A stretch of DNA of 21,469 nucleotides from Halalkalibacterium halodurans (GTDB lineage: Bacteria > Bacillota > Bacilli > Bacillales > Bacillaceae_D). The stretch lies in NCBI RefSeq assembly GCF_004376175.1, contig NZ_SNUY01000034.1, positions 1 to 21,469 of the forward strand, given 5' to 3'. Positions 1-8,819 of this stretch are shown here, piece by piece; position 1 is the stretch's first letter, and every line of letters begins with the position of its first letter. The position numbers and the translations under genes were made by a program. Below the pieces are notes generated by a model. That model saw only the letters and a program-made list of their open reading frames with translations. It ran no database searches and was not told where the DNA came from.

Positions 1-650
1 TAGCGATGGAAGAGAACCGAAGCTTTGAATCCACTCAACTCCTTTTAACAAAGAACTTACTCTCTCAGTCGTGTGTAGAAACGGTTGTCGTCGATATGTG
101 GAAGCCGTTCCATAAAGCCATCCAAACGCTATTTCCAGCTGCTTGTCTTGTCATTGATAAATACCATGTCGTTCAAAAAGTGACTCAAGCTTTAGATCAA
201 GTTAGAAAACGGTTTCCAACACTTAAAAAAGGTAGATTTGCCTTATTAAAAGGCTACGAAAATCTAACTGAACAACAAAAGCAACAGCTAGAAGGATGGC
301 TCGACGAACATGATGAATTGGCCTTGGCTTACTACTTAAAAGAATCATTCCGTGACTTCTACCAAGCCAGTGACTATGACACAGCTGAAGAACTATTAGA
401 TAACTGGATCAATGAAGCAAAAGCAAGCCCATTTAGAGCTTATCAAGAGGTTGCCAGAACACTGGAGAAGTGGAAAGCATCTATCCTTCAGTACTTTCTC
501 ACTCCGTACACTAATGGTCGAATTGAAGGAACAAACCATAAAATTAAAAACATCAAAAGGCGAGCATATGGCTTTCGAAATATCCAACGATTTCGCTTAC
601 GTGTATTTTTGGAGTGTACGGGAAAAACTAATGAAAAACAGGCAGCTTAA
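1..650 (+). CDS. ISL3 family transposase, C-terminal ~215 aa (partial; the frame is open to the window edge)
   Basis: The translation contains VVVDMWKPFHKAIQTLFPAACLVIDKYHVVQKV and GRIEGTNHKIKNIKRRAYGFRNIQRFRLRVF, typical of the DDE_Tnp_ISL3 catalytic and C-terminal region. The frame has no stop between position 3 and 650. Confidence 0.85.
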   Translation, partial: AMEENRSFESTQLLLTKNLLSQSCVETVVVDMWKPFHKAIQTLFPAACLVIDKYHVVQKVTQALDQVRKRFPTLKKGRFALLKGYENLTEQQKQQLEGWLDEHDELALAYYLKESFRDFYQASDYDTAEELLDNWINEAKASPFRAYQEVARTLEKWKASILQYFLTPYTNGRIEGTNHKIKNIKRRAYGFRNIQRFRLRVFLECTGKTNEKQAA

Positions 651-686
651 CAGCTTACAAATTCCTTCATCAGCTAGCCAAAGGGT

Positions 687-743
687 AGTTGGTAGGTTGA
701 AACCCGTCAAGGAACCCACTTGACCGCTTTCAACCTACCAACT
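687..743. repeat. Long perfect hairpin in the 3' untranslated end of the left ISL3 copy (16-bp stem plus an inner 6-bp stem)
   Basis: agttggtaggttgaaa (687-702) is the exact reverse complement of tttcaacctaccaact (728-743). Inside the loop, gtcaag (706-711) pairs with cttgac (719-724). An outer arm ccttcatc (664-671) pairs with gatgaagg (760-767). Confidence 0.8.
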
Positions 744-877
744 GAATGGTGCCTAAGCAGATGAAGGAGTTCGACTAGATTAGTATCTAATCTCGCTAAC
801 TTTATTTCTGGAATTGTGCGTGTACCACAGAAAGTGGTGAAGAGACAAAAATATAAAAAATATTTTTTGATTTATAT

Positions 878-939
878 TCAAACATATATTTGACTATTTG
901 TTTTTGTTTGCATATAATAATAATCAAACAAACATTTGA
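878..939 (+). promoter_or_regulatory. cad promoter with two CadC-type operator palindromes
   Basis: The promoter is TTGACT (890-895), a 17-nt spacer, then TATAAT (913-918). Two TCAAA-N6-TTTGA dyads are present: tcaaacatatatttga (878-893, overlapping the -35) and tcaaacaaacatttga (924-939, just after the -10). Both resemble the pI258 cad operator TCAAATAAATATTTGA as I recall it. Confidence 0.7.
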
Positions 940-1325
940 TTGATGTGGGGGTGGAAAACTTGCAAAATGATGCATGTGAAGTTACGTGTATAGATGACGA
1001 AAAAGTCATAAGAGTTAAAAATGAACTAATCCAACAAAATCCTTTGGAAGTAGCCAAAATTTTTAAAGCATTATCAGACGATACTAGGATTAAAATTGCA
1101 TATAGTCTCTCTTTAGAAGATGAATTGTGTGTATGTGATGTAGCAAATATTGTTGGTGCTACAACTGCCACTACATCTCATCATTTGAGGTTACTTAAAA
1201 ATCTTGGATTAGCTAATTATCGAAAAGAAGGAAAGTTAGTCTACTATTCATTAGATGATGAGCATGTAAAGCAACTAATACAAGTTGCATCTGCACATCA
1301 TAAGGAGGTTGTAAAAATTGTCTGA
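936..1325 (+). CDS. cadC: ArsR/SmtB-family Cd(II)/Pb(II)/Zn(II)-responsive repressor CadC
   Basis: It has N-terminal CEVTC (Cys-x3-Cys), an [10 protein letters not shown] metal-site CVC, a wHTH ([29 protein letters not shown]), and C-terminal HHKEV, closely like pI258 CadC. The start is uncertain: TTG 936, or more likely in-frame TTG 960 preceded by GGGGGTGGA. The stop overlaps the cadA start by 8 nt. Confidence 0.9.
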   Translation: MIDVGVENLQNDACEVTCIDDEKVIRVKNELIQQNPLEVAKIFKALSDDTRIKIAYSLSLEDELCVCDVANIVGATTATTSHHLRLLKNLGLANYRKEGKLVYYSLDDEHVKQLIQVASAHHKEVVKIV

Positions 1326-3483
1326 AGCAAAAGCATTAGAGGCTGAAAAAAATGTTTACCGCGTTCAGGGGTTTACATGCGCAAATTGTGCAGGAAAATT
1401 CGAGAATAATGTAAAACAGCTTCCTGGAGTAGAGGATGCAAAAGTAAATTTTGGTGCATCTAAAATTGCTGTTTACGGTAATGCAACAATTGAAGAACTA
1501 GAAAAAGCCGGTGCATTCGAGAATCTTAAAGTGACTCCTGAAAAATCTGCTCGCCAAGTTTCACAAGAGGTAAAAGAAGATACGAAAGAAGAAAAAGTTC
1601 CATTTTATAAAAAGTATAGTACATTACTTTATTCAACTTCGTTCCTTGCTTTCGGTTATCTCTCCTACTTTGTAAATGGAGAAGAAAATCTTCTTACAAC
1701 CCTATTATTTTTAGCATCAATGTTGGTAGGTGGATTGTCGCTTTTTAAAGTAGGTTTGCAAAACTTATTACGCTTTGAATTTGACATGAAAACCCTTATG
1801 ACAGTAGCTGTTATAGGTGGAGCCATTATTGGTGAATGGGGAGAAGTTGCCATTGTTGTTATTCTCTTTGCGATTAGTGAAGCACTTGAGCGATTCTCTA
1901 TGGACAGAGCAAGACAATCGATTCGTTCATTAATGGATATCGCTCCTAAAGAGGCACTCGTTAGACGTAATGGACAAGAAATAATGATTCATGTCGATGA
2001 TATTGCTGTTGGGGATATTATGATTGTAAAACCAGGTCAAAAGATTGCGATGGATGGTGTAGTCGTAAGTGGCTACTCTGCAGTCAACCAAGCAGCTATT
2101 ACCGGTGAATCAGTCCCTGTTGAGAAAACAGTTGATGATGAAGTATTTGCAGGTACATTAAATGAAGAAGGATTACTTGAAGTAAAAGTAACGAAACTTG
2201 TAGAAGATACAACGATTTCTAAAATTATTCATCTTGTAGAGGAAGCACAAGGAGAACGTGCTCCTTCGCAAGCATTTGTCGATAAATTTGCAAAATATTA
2301 CACACCGATCATTATGATCATTGCAGCATTAGTTGCTATAGTCCCTCCTTTATTCTTTGATGGCAGTTGGGAAACATGGGTTTATCAAGGATTAGCTGTT
2401 CTTGTTGTTGGTTGTCCTTGTGCGTTGGTCATATCGACTCCAATTTCTATTGTTTCAGGGATAGGGAATGCTGCGAAAAAAGGTGTTCTTGTAAAAGGCG
2501 GAGTGTATTTAGAAGAAATGGGTGCCTTAAAGGCTATAGCATTTGATAAAACAGGTACCTTAACAAAAGGGGTCCCAGCTGTAACTGATTATAATGTGTT
2601 GAATAAACAGATGAATGAAAAAGAATTATTATCCATCATTACTGCATTAGAGTATCGTTCTCAGCATCCACTTGCATCTGCGATTATGAAAAAAGCAGAA
2701 GAGGAGAACATTACTTATTCTGACGTACAGGTAGAGGACTTCTCTTCTATTACAGGTAAGGGTATAAAAGGTATTGTAAACGGGACGACTTATTATATCG
2801 GTAGCCCGAAACTCTTTAAGGAATTATTGACTACTGATTTCGATAAAGAATTAGAACAAAATGTTACTACTCTTCAAAATCAAGGTAAAACAGCCATGAT
2901 TATTGGAACCGAAAAAGAAATACTTGCAGTTATTGCAGTTGCTGACGAAGTTCGTGAATCAAGTAAGGAAATTATTCAAAAGTTACATCAACTTGGAATC
3001 AAAAAAACAATTATGCTTACAGGTGATAACAAAGGTACTGCTAATGCTATCGGAGGGCAGGTTGGAGTATCTGATATTGAGGCAGAACTAATGCCACAGG
3101 ACAAATTAGACTTTATTAAACAGTTGAGATCTGAGTATGGCAACGTAGCTATGGTAGGAGATGGTGTCAATGATGCACCTGCATTGGCGGCCTCAACAGT
3201 TGGTATTGCAATGGGTGGAGCTGGTACAGATACAGCCCTGGAAACGGCAGACGTCGCTCTAATGGGTGACGATCTAAGAAAACTTCCATTCACTGTAAAA
3301 CTTAGCCGAAAAACTCTAAATATAATCAAAGCTAACATTACTTTTGCAATTGCTATTAAATTTATTGCCTTACTATTGGTTATCCCAGGTTGGTTAACTC
3401 TCTGGATTGCTATCCTTTCTGATATGGGTGCAACCCTTCTGGTAGCACTAAATGGTTTGCGACTAATGAGAGTGAAAGAATAA
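1318..3483 (+). CDS. cadA: Cd2+/Zn2+/Pb2+-exporting P1B-type ATPase CadA
   Basis: It has an N-terminal HMA domain ([12 protein letters not shown], CxxC), a transmembrane CPC motif ([12 protein letters not shown]), the DKTGTLT phosphorylation site, SQHPLA (HP motif) and the [10 protein letters not shown] hinge. The TTG start at 1318 is preceded by AAGGAGG (1302-1308). Length is 721 aa. Confidence 0.95.
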   Translation: MSEAKALEAEKNVYRVQGFTCANCAGKFENNVKQLPGVEDAKVNFGASKIAVYGNATIEELEKAGAFENLKVTPEKSARQVSQEVKEDTKEEKVPFYKKYSTLLYSTSFLAFGYLSYFVNGEENLLTTLLFLASMLVGGLSLFKVGLQNLLRFEFDMKTLMTVAVIGGAIIGEWGEVAIVVILFAISEALERFSMDRARQSIRSLMDIAPKEALVRRNGQEIMIHVDDIAVGDIMIVKPGQKIAMDGVVVSGYSAVNQAAITGESVPVEKTVDDEVFAGTLNEEGLLEVKVTKLVEDTTISKIIHLVEEAQGERAPSQAFVDKFAKYYTPIIMIIAALVAIVPPLFFDGSWETWVYQGLAVLVVGCPCALVISTPISIVSGIGNAAKKGVLVKGGVYLEEMGALKAIAFDKTGTLTKGVPAVTDYNVLNKQMNEKELLSIITALEYRSQHPLASAIMKKAEEENITYSDVQVEDFSSITGKGIKGIVNGTTYYIGSPKLFKELLTTDFDKELEQNVTTLQNQGKTAMIIGTEKEILAVIAVADEVRESSKEIIQKLHQLGIKKTIMLTGDNKGTANAIGGQVGVSDIEAELMPQDKLDFIKQLRSEYGNVAMVGDGVNDAPALAASTVGIAMGGAGTDTALETADVALMGDDLRKLPFTVKLSRKTLNIIKANITFAIAIKFIALLLVIPGWLTLWIAILSDMGATLLVALNGLRLMRVKE

Positions 3484-3498
3484 AGGGAAAAGGGCTAA

Positions 3499-3536
3499 AA
3501 AGGGCTTTCCAGACAGAATGGAAAGCCCTTTTCTAA
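3499..3536 (+). terminator. Rho-independent terminator of cadCA
   Basis: A 13-bp stem pairs aaagggctttcca (3499-3511) with tggaaagcccttt (3519-3531). The loop is 7 nt and the stem runs into ttttct. Confidence 0.8.
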
Positions 3537-3718
3537 AAATGATCTCATTAATAGTATAACTTCTAAATATCCAGCCTAATTAAAAATGGAAAGATTGGGT
3601 ATAAGTAAAACAGTAGCTTTTATATTACATATTGGTATCCGCATGGGACAAAAATGCTTTCATCCTTAATTTAAAATAATTCTTTTCATTCTTTATAAAA
3701 TCGAAGGAGGAAACTGAA

Positions 3719-5137
3719 ATGACTTTTGAAGGAAAAAATGATGTAGATCTGTTAGTTATAGGCGCAGGATCAGGAGGTTATGTAGCTGCCATACGTGCTG
3801 CTCAGTTAGGGAAAAAAGTGGTTTTGGTGGATAAAGCAGAACTAGGAGGGGTTTGCCTTAACCGTGGTTGTATACCTTCAAAGGCTCTTATTAGTGCTTC
3901 TGAACGAGTAAAACACATAAAACATGCCAATTCAATGGGAATAAAGGTTTCTGGTGAAGTTGAAGTAGAGATGCTAGAAGTAGTGAAGTGGAAGGACGGT
4001 ATAGTAAATAAACTAACGAATGGAGTTCGGACTTTACTGAAAGGCAATGGAGTGGAGGTCATTAGTGGGGAAGCTTATCTTACTGAACCCTATGTTGCCA
4101 AAATCAAAATTGGTAACGAAGAAAAATTCTTTTCATACAAAGACTTAATCCTTGCGATAGGATCATTACCTACTGAGTTAAAAAGTATGCCATTTGATAG
4201 AAAAAGAATTATCTCGTCAACTGAGGCATTGATGCTTCAAGAAGTACCAAAACATTTAGTTGTAGTAGGTGGTGGTTATATTGGTTTGGAATTGGGTACT
4301 GCTTATGCTAAATTTGGAGCTAAAGTGACCATCCTTGAAGGATCAGATACAATTCTTCCAGGTACGGACCCTATGCTTACAAATGTAGTAAAACGTCATT
4401 TAAAGGAACTTGGAATCACAGTTATAACGAATGCTTTAGTCCAAGGAGGAGAAAATACAGGCGATGAAGTAAATGTCCAAGTTCAGGTTAATGGGAAGGA
4501 AGAGATAATTAAAGGGGATTATTGCTTAGTCTCCATTGGAAGAAAACCGAACACAGGAAAAGTTGGATTGGAAAATATCGGGGTTGAATTAGACCAACGC
4601 GGTTTTATTAAGATAAATGATACATGCCAAACAAATGTTGAACATGTATATGCGATCGGGGACTGTGCTGGTGGTTACCTCCTTGCTCATAAAGCTAGTT
4701 ATGAAGGTAAGATAGCTGCAGAGGTAATAAGTGGGCTAAAAAGTGTAATTGATTTTCAGGCAATGCCTTTTGTTATTTTTAGCGATCCTGAAGTAGCCTA
4801 TACAGGTTTAACGGAGAAGGAAGCAAAGGAAGAAGGATATGAAACGGTTTCTAGTCGTTTTCCATTCCAAGCTAACGGCAGAGCTTTATCTGTTTCGGAT
4901 GCCGATGGTTTTGTACAAGTTGTGGCGGATAAAGAATCTAATCGGGTTTTAGGTGTACAGATGGTAGGGCCAGAAGTATCATCTCTTATTGCTGAAGCCG
5001 TTTTTGCAATTGAGTCAGGGGCAACGGCAGAAGATCTCAGCCTTACAATTCATGCACACCCAACTTTACCTGAACCACTCATGGAAGCAGCTGAAGGCGT
5101 TATGGGACATGCTATTCATATGTTGAATAAAAAATAA
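3719..5137 (+). CDS. Dihydrolipoamide dehydrogenase (E3)-like class I pyridine nucleotide-disulfide oxidoreductase, orphan (no E1/E2 neighbours)
   Basis: Motifs are the FAD GxGxxG (VIGAGSGGYVAA), the redox disulfide GGVCLNRGCIPSK, the NAD GxGxxG (VVGGGYIGLELG), and the C-terminal HAHPTLPE His-Glu dyad. RBS GAAGGAGG sits 8 nt upstream of the ATG. Confidence 0.85.
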   Translation: MTFEGKNDVDLLVIGAGSGGYVAAIRAAQLGKKVVLVDKAELGGVCLNRGCIPSKALISASERVKHIKHANSMGIKVSGEVEVEMLEVVKWKDGIVNKLTNGVRTLLKGNGVEVISGEAYLTEPYVAKIKIGNEEKFFSYKDLILAIGSLPTELKSMPFDRKRIISSTEALMLQEVPKHLVVVGGGYIGLELGTAYAKFGAKVTILEGSDTILPGTDPMLTNVVKRHLKELGITVITNALVQGGENTGDEVNVQVQVNGKEEIIKGDYCLVSIGRKPNTGKVGLENIGVELDQRGFIKINDTCQTNVEHVYAIGDCAGGYLLAHKASYEGKIAAEVISGLKSVIDFQAMPFVIFSDPEVAYTGLTEKEAKEEGYETVSSRFPFQANGRALSVSDADGFVQVVADKESNRVLGVQMVGPEVSSLIAEAVFAIESGATAEDLSLTIHAHPTLPEPLMEAAEGVMGHAIHMLNKK

Positions 5138-5170
5138 TTCAAACAGTTAGAGCATATTTAATTTAACTAG

Positions 5171-5209
5171 GCCTGCACAATCATACGTGCAGGTCGAATT
5201 ATTTATTTT
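5171..5209 (+). terminator. Probable rho-independent terminator after the E3-like gene
   Basis: The stem pairs cctgcac (5172-5178) with gtgcagg (5187-5193) and is followed by the T-rich tcgaattatttatttt. Confidence 0.5.
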
Positions 5210-5267
5210 GGAGTGACGATTAAAGGAAATCATTTTTTATCTAATAACGGCAGCTTTAGCTAATGTT

Positions 5268-5927
5268 TTGGGCGGTTTTGTTATTTTTCTTAAGAAAAAT
5301 TGGTACAGAAGAAGTATATATGCTCTAATGGCTCTAAGTTCCGGATTACTTTTCTCAATTACAATTATGGATCTAGTACCAGAAGCTTTAGAAATAATGG
5401 AATCAAGTTCAATTTATATAATTTTAGGTTTTGGCATTATATTTTTATTTCAACAGCTGGTAGCACCACATTTTCATTTTGGAGAAAAAACACATCAATC
5501 TCAAACCCATACTACAATGTATGGTGCATTAATAGGCATGATGATACACACTTTTTTTGATGGGTTATCAATTGTAGCTAGTTTTGCAATAAACAGCGAA
5601 TTAGGTTTTGTCGTATTAATCGGTGTCCTACTACATAAGATACCTGATGGTTTAACTATATCTTCCATTGTATTTGCAAGCTTGAAAAGCAAAAAGAAAG
5701 CTATAGGTGCAGCTGTTTTATTAGGTTTATCTACCATAGTGGGGGCTACAGCAGCTTTGTTTCTAACAGAACTAGTTTCTTTACAAAGTAGCCTACTTGC
5801 CATTTCGCTTTCATTAACTGCAGGTATATTTTTATACATAGCTTTAACAGATTTATTACCTGTTGTAAATGCGACAGAGGATAGGCCTATTATTCTTTTC
5901 TTTTGGTTCTCCGTAAAGCGTTCATAG
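5268..5927 (+). CDS. ZIP-family (ZupT/GufA-like) divalent metal permease. The 3' end is probably truncated at the junction with the IS, and the true N-terminus probably lies upstream of 5268.
   Basis: The protein is multi-TM with a His-rich loop (HFHFGEKTHQSQTH) and the ZIP signature HKIPDGLTISS. The last expected TM is cut short (…LLPVVNATEDRPIILFFWFSVKRS*). The in-frame upstream codons 5232-5267 encode the rest of TM1 (IFYLITAALANV) but contain no ATG, GTG or TTG. Confidence 0.75.
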   Translation: MGGFVIFLKKNWYRRSIYALMALSSGLLFSITIMDLVPEALEIMESSSIYIILGFGIIFLFQQLVAPHFHFGEKTHQSQTHTTMYGALIGMMIHTFFDGLSIVASFAINSELGFVVLIGVLLHKIPDGLTISSIVFASLKSKKKAIGAAVLLGLSTIVGATAALFLTELVSLQSSLLAISLSLTAGIFLYIALTDLLPVVNATEDRPIILFFWFSVKRS

Positions 5928-7193
5928 CTTCTAAAACCAAATGCATTTCGCTTTAGTACCTTTGTGGAATTATTAATCCCTTCTAAAAATCCATTTGAAT
6001 AACCATACGCAAAGCTATTTAAAATTTCCGTCTGCCAGTTTTCGAAGGTGCCTATAGCTCTGCACATTTCTGGTATCCCTGAATTCTTAACTAATTTATA
6101 GATCGCTTTTAATTCCTTTTTGACTCTTTCTATTTGGGTTGCCCCTATTTCTTTGGAACGTTTAAACCAGTCCTGATAAGCTTCCTTTAATTCATAAGCC
6201 TTTTGAAGCTCTGTTGACATTTTTAAGTAACGATCCAAGTACCAACGCTCTTCCTCTGTCAACCTGCTGTTTTCCTTGTGGAATACATGTTTCATTCGCT
6301 TACACTTCTTGCGGTCATATGCATGAAAATCCTTTTGTACTCTTCTCCTTACTCCGTCAAGTGCCCAGTAGATATATCTACAAAAGTGGAATCGATCTGC
6401 AATGATAACTGGCCTTCCCAGAGCCTCTTGAACAGCAGCTTTAAAGGATGGACTCATATCCATAATCACCATCTGGACCTTACTTCCATGTCTTCTTAAG
6501 TAATCTTTAATCGTACGCTTATAACGGTTCGGCAGAATATCTAAGGGCTCTTTTGTCACTGCGTCAGCTATAATCAGCTGATATTTTCCTTCCTTTGTAT
6601 CTCCTTTATACTCATCAATGGCAATAATAGCTGGCAATTCCTCTACGGGACGAATTTCACTGCTTGAAATTTGGTCAAACCGGCGAACGATGGTTGTGGC
6701 AGAACTTCCATAATTCTCAGCTGTTTCTTTAAACGTTTTTCCTTTGATCGCTCGAATAGCAACTGCCTGGTTCCACTCAATAGAAGTACGTTGGTATCGT
6801 TCTACAAACGAATTATTCTCGGCGAATCTCTTCCCACAAGCGCAAACATAACGACGTCTCTTATAAAAAATCTGTGTTTGCCTTTCAAACCACTTTAAAT
6901 GTTTGATCTTTTGAATACGATAATCATGAACTTTTTTTGTCCTCTTCTGACATTTAGGACAACGGTGTACTTTCCGCTCCATCTCCACATAAAGACGCAC
7001 GATCTCTCCAACCTCTTCAACCTTGGTAATGAATGTATCTTTTAACCCAGGAAAATTCATGGTAAAATTCATATGCACGCAACTCCATTCTTTCAAACTT
7101 GTTTCTAGTCAACTCAAGTATAAAAGAATTGGATGTTTGCGTGTTTTTTTTTGCTCATATTTGTTTCTTAACCCCAACAAATATTATAGAGCC
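5890..7193 (-). mobile_element. Second ISL3-family element (different sequence from the left copy), inverted, with its outer end intact and its inner (3') end deleted
   Basis: Read inward from 7193, the outer terminus is GGCTCTATAATATTTGTTGGGG, the ISL3-type GGCTCT end. No inner inverted repeat or transposase stop codon is present. The inner junction lies somewhere in 5880-5915. Confidence 0.7.
5915..7072 (-). pseudogene. ISL3 family transposase lacking its last ~10-25 codons and its stop codon; it reads through into antisense ZIP sequence
   Basis: It has an N-terminal zinc finger (CPKCQKRTKK…VCACGKRF), a DDE region (IIAIDEYKG…, VIMDMSPSFKAAVQEALGRPVIIADRFHF) and a C-terminal GFLEGINNSTKVLKRNAFGFRSYERF. 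After that the 531-aa ORF continues as the antisense of the ZIP gene down to 5501. The likely start is ATG 7072 (MNFTMNFPGLKD), preceded by GGAG. Confidence 0.75.
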
Positions 7194-7233
7194 AAAAGAA
7201 AAAAGATGACTCCACTCATCATGAAGTCATCTT
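7194..7233 (-). terminator. Rho-independent terminator of metK
   Basis: A 9-bp stem pairs aagatgact (7203-7211) with agtcatctt (7225-7233). On the minus strand it is followed by a T-rich tail (plus-strand A-run 7194-7204). It lies 7 nt after the metK stop. Confidence 0.75.
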
Positions 7234-7239
7234 TCTCCC

Positions 7240-8439
7240 CTACGCTTGTTGGCGTAAAATTTCAGCTTTATCTGTTTGCTCCCACGGCAACTCAACATCG
7301 GTTCGCCCAAAGTGACCGTATGCCGCTGTTTGTTTGTAGATTGGACGACGAAGATCTAACATTTTAATAATCCCCGCTGGGCGAAGGTCAAAGTGTTCCC
7401 GTACAAGCTCTACTAAACGTGCCTCTGACACTTGACCAGTTCCAAATGTATCAATCGAAATCGACACTGGCTTGGCAACCCCGATCGCATAAGCTAACTG
7501 GACTTCACACTTGTCGGCTAAACCAGCGGCTACAATATTTTTTGCTACATATCGAGCCGCATATGCTCCAGAACGGTCGACTTTCGTTGGGTCCTTTCCA
7601 GAAAACGCACCACCGCCGTGACGAGCATATCCACCATACGTATCAACGATAATTTTACGTCCCGTTAAACCAGCATCTCCCTGAGGGCCACCGATCACAA
7701 ACCGGCCTGTTGGGTTAATAAAGTATTTCGTTTCTTCATCCATCAGCTCTTCTGGGACAACCGAACGAATGACATGCTGTTTTAGGTCGCTTTCAATTTG
7801 CTCCAGCGTCACTTCCGGATGGTGTTGTGTTGAAATCACAATGGTATCAATGCGAACAGGCTGATCGTTTTCATCGTACTCAACTGTGACTTGCGTTTTT
7901 CCGTCTGGACGTAAGTATGGAAGGATTTCATCTTTCCGTGCCTCTGATAAACGGCGAGCTAGTTTATGACTTAAAGAAATAGGTAGTGGCATGAGTTCAG
8001 GCGTTTCATTGTTCGCATAACCGAACATCAACCCTTGATCACCTGCGCCAATCGCTTCAATCTCAGCATCGGTCATTTGACCTTCACGGGCTTCAAGCGC
8101 TTGGTTAACACCTTGAGCAATATCTGGTGATTGTTCATCGATTGACGTTAACACCGCGCACGTCTCCGAATCAAAGCCATATTTTGCACGAGTGTATCCT
8201 ATATTTCTAATGGTGTCACGTACGACTTTAGGAATATCGACGTATGTGCTCGTCGTAATTTCTCCAGCAACGAGAACCAAACCAGTCGTAACAGATGTTT
8301 CACATGCCACACGAGCGTTCGGATCTTCCTTTAAAATTTCGTCAAGAATGGAATCAGAAATTTGGTCACAAATTTTATCAGGATGTCCTTCTGTAACAGA
8401 CTCTGATGTAAATAAGCGACGACTTCTTGTATCTGCCAT
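7240..8439 (-). CDS. metK: S-adenosylmethionine synthetase
   Basis: The 399-aa product carries the canonical MetK sequence ([48 protein letters not shown]). RBS AGGGAGGA lies upstream of the ATG. Confidence 0.97.
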   Translation of the reverse strand: MADTRSRRLFTSESVTEGHPDKICDQISDSILDEILKEDPNARVACETSVTTGLVLVAGEITTSTYVDIPKVVRDTIRNIGYTRAKYGFDSETCAVLTSIDEQSPDIAQGVNQALEAREGQMTDAEIEAIGAGDQGLMFGYANNETPELMPLPISLSHKLARRLSEARKDEILPYLRPDGKTQVTVEYDENDQPVRIDTIVISTQHHPEVTLEQIESDLKQHVIRSVVPEELMDEETKYFINPTGRFVIGGPQGDAGLTGRKIIVDTYGGYARHGGGAFSGKDPTKVDRSGAYAARYVAKNIVAAGLADKCEVQLAYAIGVAKPVSISIDTFGTGQVSEARLVELVREHFDLRPAGIIKMLDLRRPIYKQTAAYGHFGRTDVELPWEQTDKAEILRQQA

Positions 8440-8546
8440 TTACGAATATCCTCCCTTAAGCACACCCTTACCAACGGCAGGCTGCGCAAAACATGATACG
8501 GCACTCATTCTCCACAGCACACTTGCAAAAGTATAAAAATGAGGAA

Positions 8547-8708
8547 AACCCTTTTCCATTATGAGGAAAAGGGTTAATTAACATACCTTTCGCCTCTTAT
8601 CTTTCAAGGCAACGCCTTGCAGGTTAGCACCTTTTCACCTTTGTTTAACAGGTGTTGGTTGCTGGGGTTTCTTCGGGCCTGTCCCTCCACCAACTCTGGA
8701 TAAGAGTA
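8547..8708 (-). promoter_or_regulatory. SAM-I (S-box) riboswitch with its intrinsic terminator, in the metK leader
   Basis: The minus strand reads CTCTTATCCAGAGTTGGTGGAGGGACAGGCCCGAAGAAACCCCAGCAACC…GGTGCTAACCTGCAAGG…GAAAGATAAGAGG, the classic S-box core with P1 CTCTTATC/GATAAGAG. The downstream 11-bp terminator stem pairs aacccttttcc (8547-8557) with ggaaaagggtt (8565-8575), followed on the minus strand by a T-rich stretch. Confidence 0.9.
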
Positions 8709-8722
8709 TCCGTTCGCGACAT

Positions 8723-8751
8723 ATCATAACGTAGATTGGGCACTGTGTCAA
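8723..8751 (-). promoter_or_regulatory. SigA-type promoter of the metK leader
   Basis: On the minus strand: TTGACA (8751-8746), a 17-nt spacer, then TATGAT (8728-8723), about 15-20 nt upstream of the riboswitch P1. Confidence 0.7.
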
Positions 8752-8819
8752 TATGGTAATCATTGTTTATTAAAATGTTCATTCTTTTGTCTTGTTATTC
8801 ATGACGAAAAAATGGTCAA

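Larger units (their letters stand above)
1..846 (+). mobile_element. 3' portion of an ISL3-family insertion sequence (left copy); the 5' part lies upstream of the window and the right end is tentatively near 846
   Basis: It contains the C-terminal half of an ISL3 transposase. A GC-to-AT composition shift occurs near 846. Read from 846 inward, the candidate terminal repeat is GTCTCTTCACCACTTTC, which resembles the GGCTCTT-type ends of ISL3 elements. The boundary is not proven. Confidence 0.6.

Noticed and set aside
396-723. ORFs 396-587 (-) and 412-723 (+) overlapping the left transposase gene
   Set aside because: They are alternative-frame or antisense ORFs inside a transposase reading frame that has clear family motifs. 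They have no RBS and no recognisable motifs.
878-1171. ORF 878-1171 (-), antisense to the cad promoter and cadC
   Set aside because: It is antisense to a strongly supported cadC gene. Its composition is low-complexity and driven by AT-rich DNA.
3719-5137. Possibility that the flavoprotein is a mercuric reductase (MerA)
   Set aside because: It has no C-terminal Cys-Cys pair, no N-terminal HMA (NmerA) domain and no merR/merT/merP nearby. The active site CLNRGCIPSK and the HAHPTLPE tail are E3-like rather than MerA-like.
5501-5914. The distal about 138 codons of the 531-aa minus-strand ORF (5501-7096)
   Set aside because: This part is the antisense of a well-supported ZIP permease gene and bears no resemblance to ISL3 transposase C-termini. 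It is read-through caused by loss of the transposase stop codon, not real coding sequence.
7023-7367. ORF 7023-7367 (+) spanning the IS end, the metK terminator and the metK 3' end
   Set aside because: It crosses an IS boundary and a terminator and is antisense to metK. It has no RBS.
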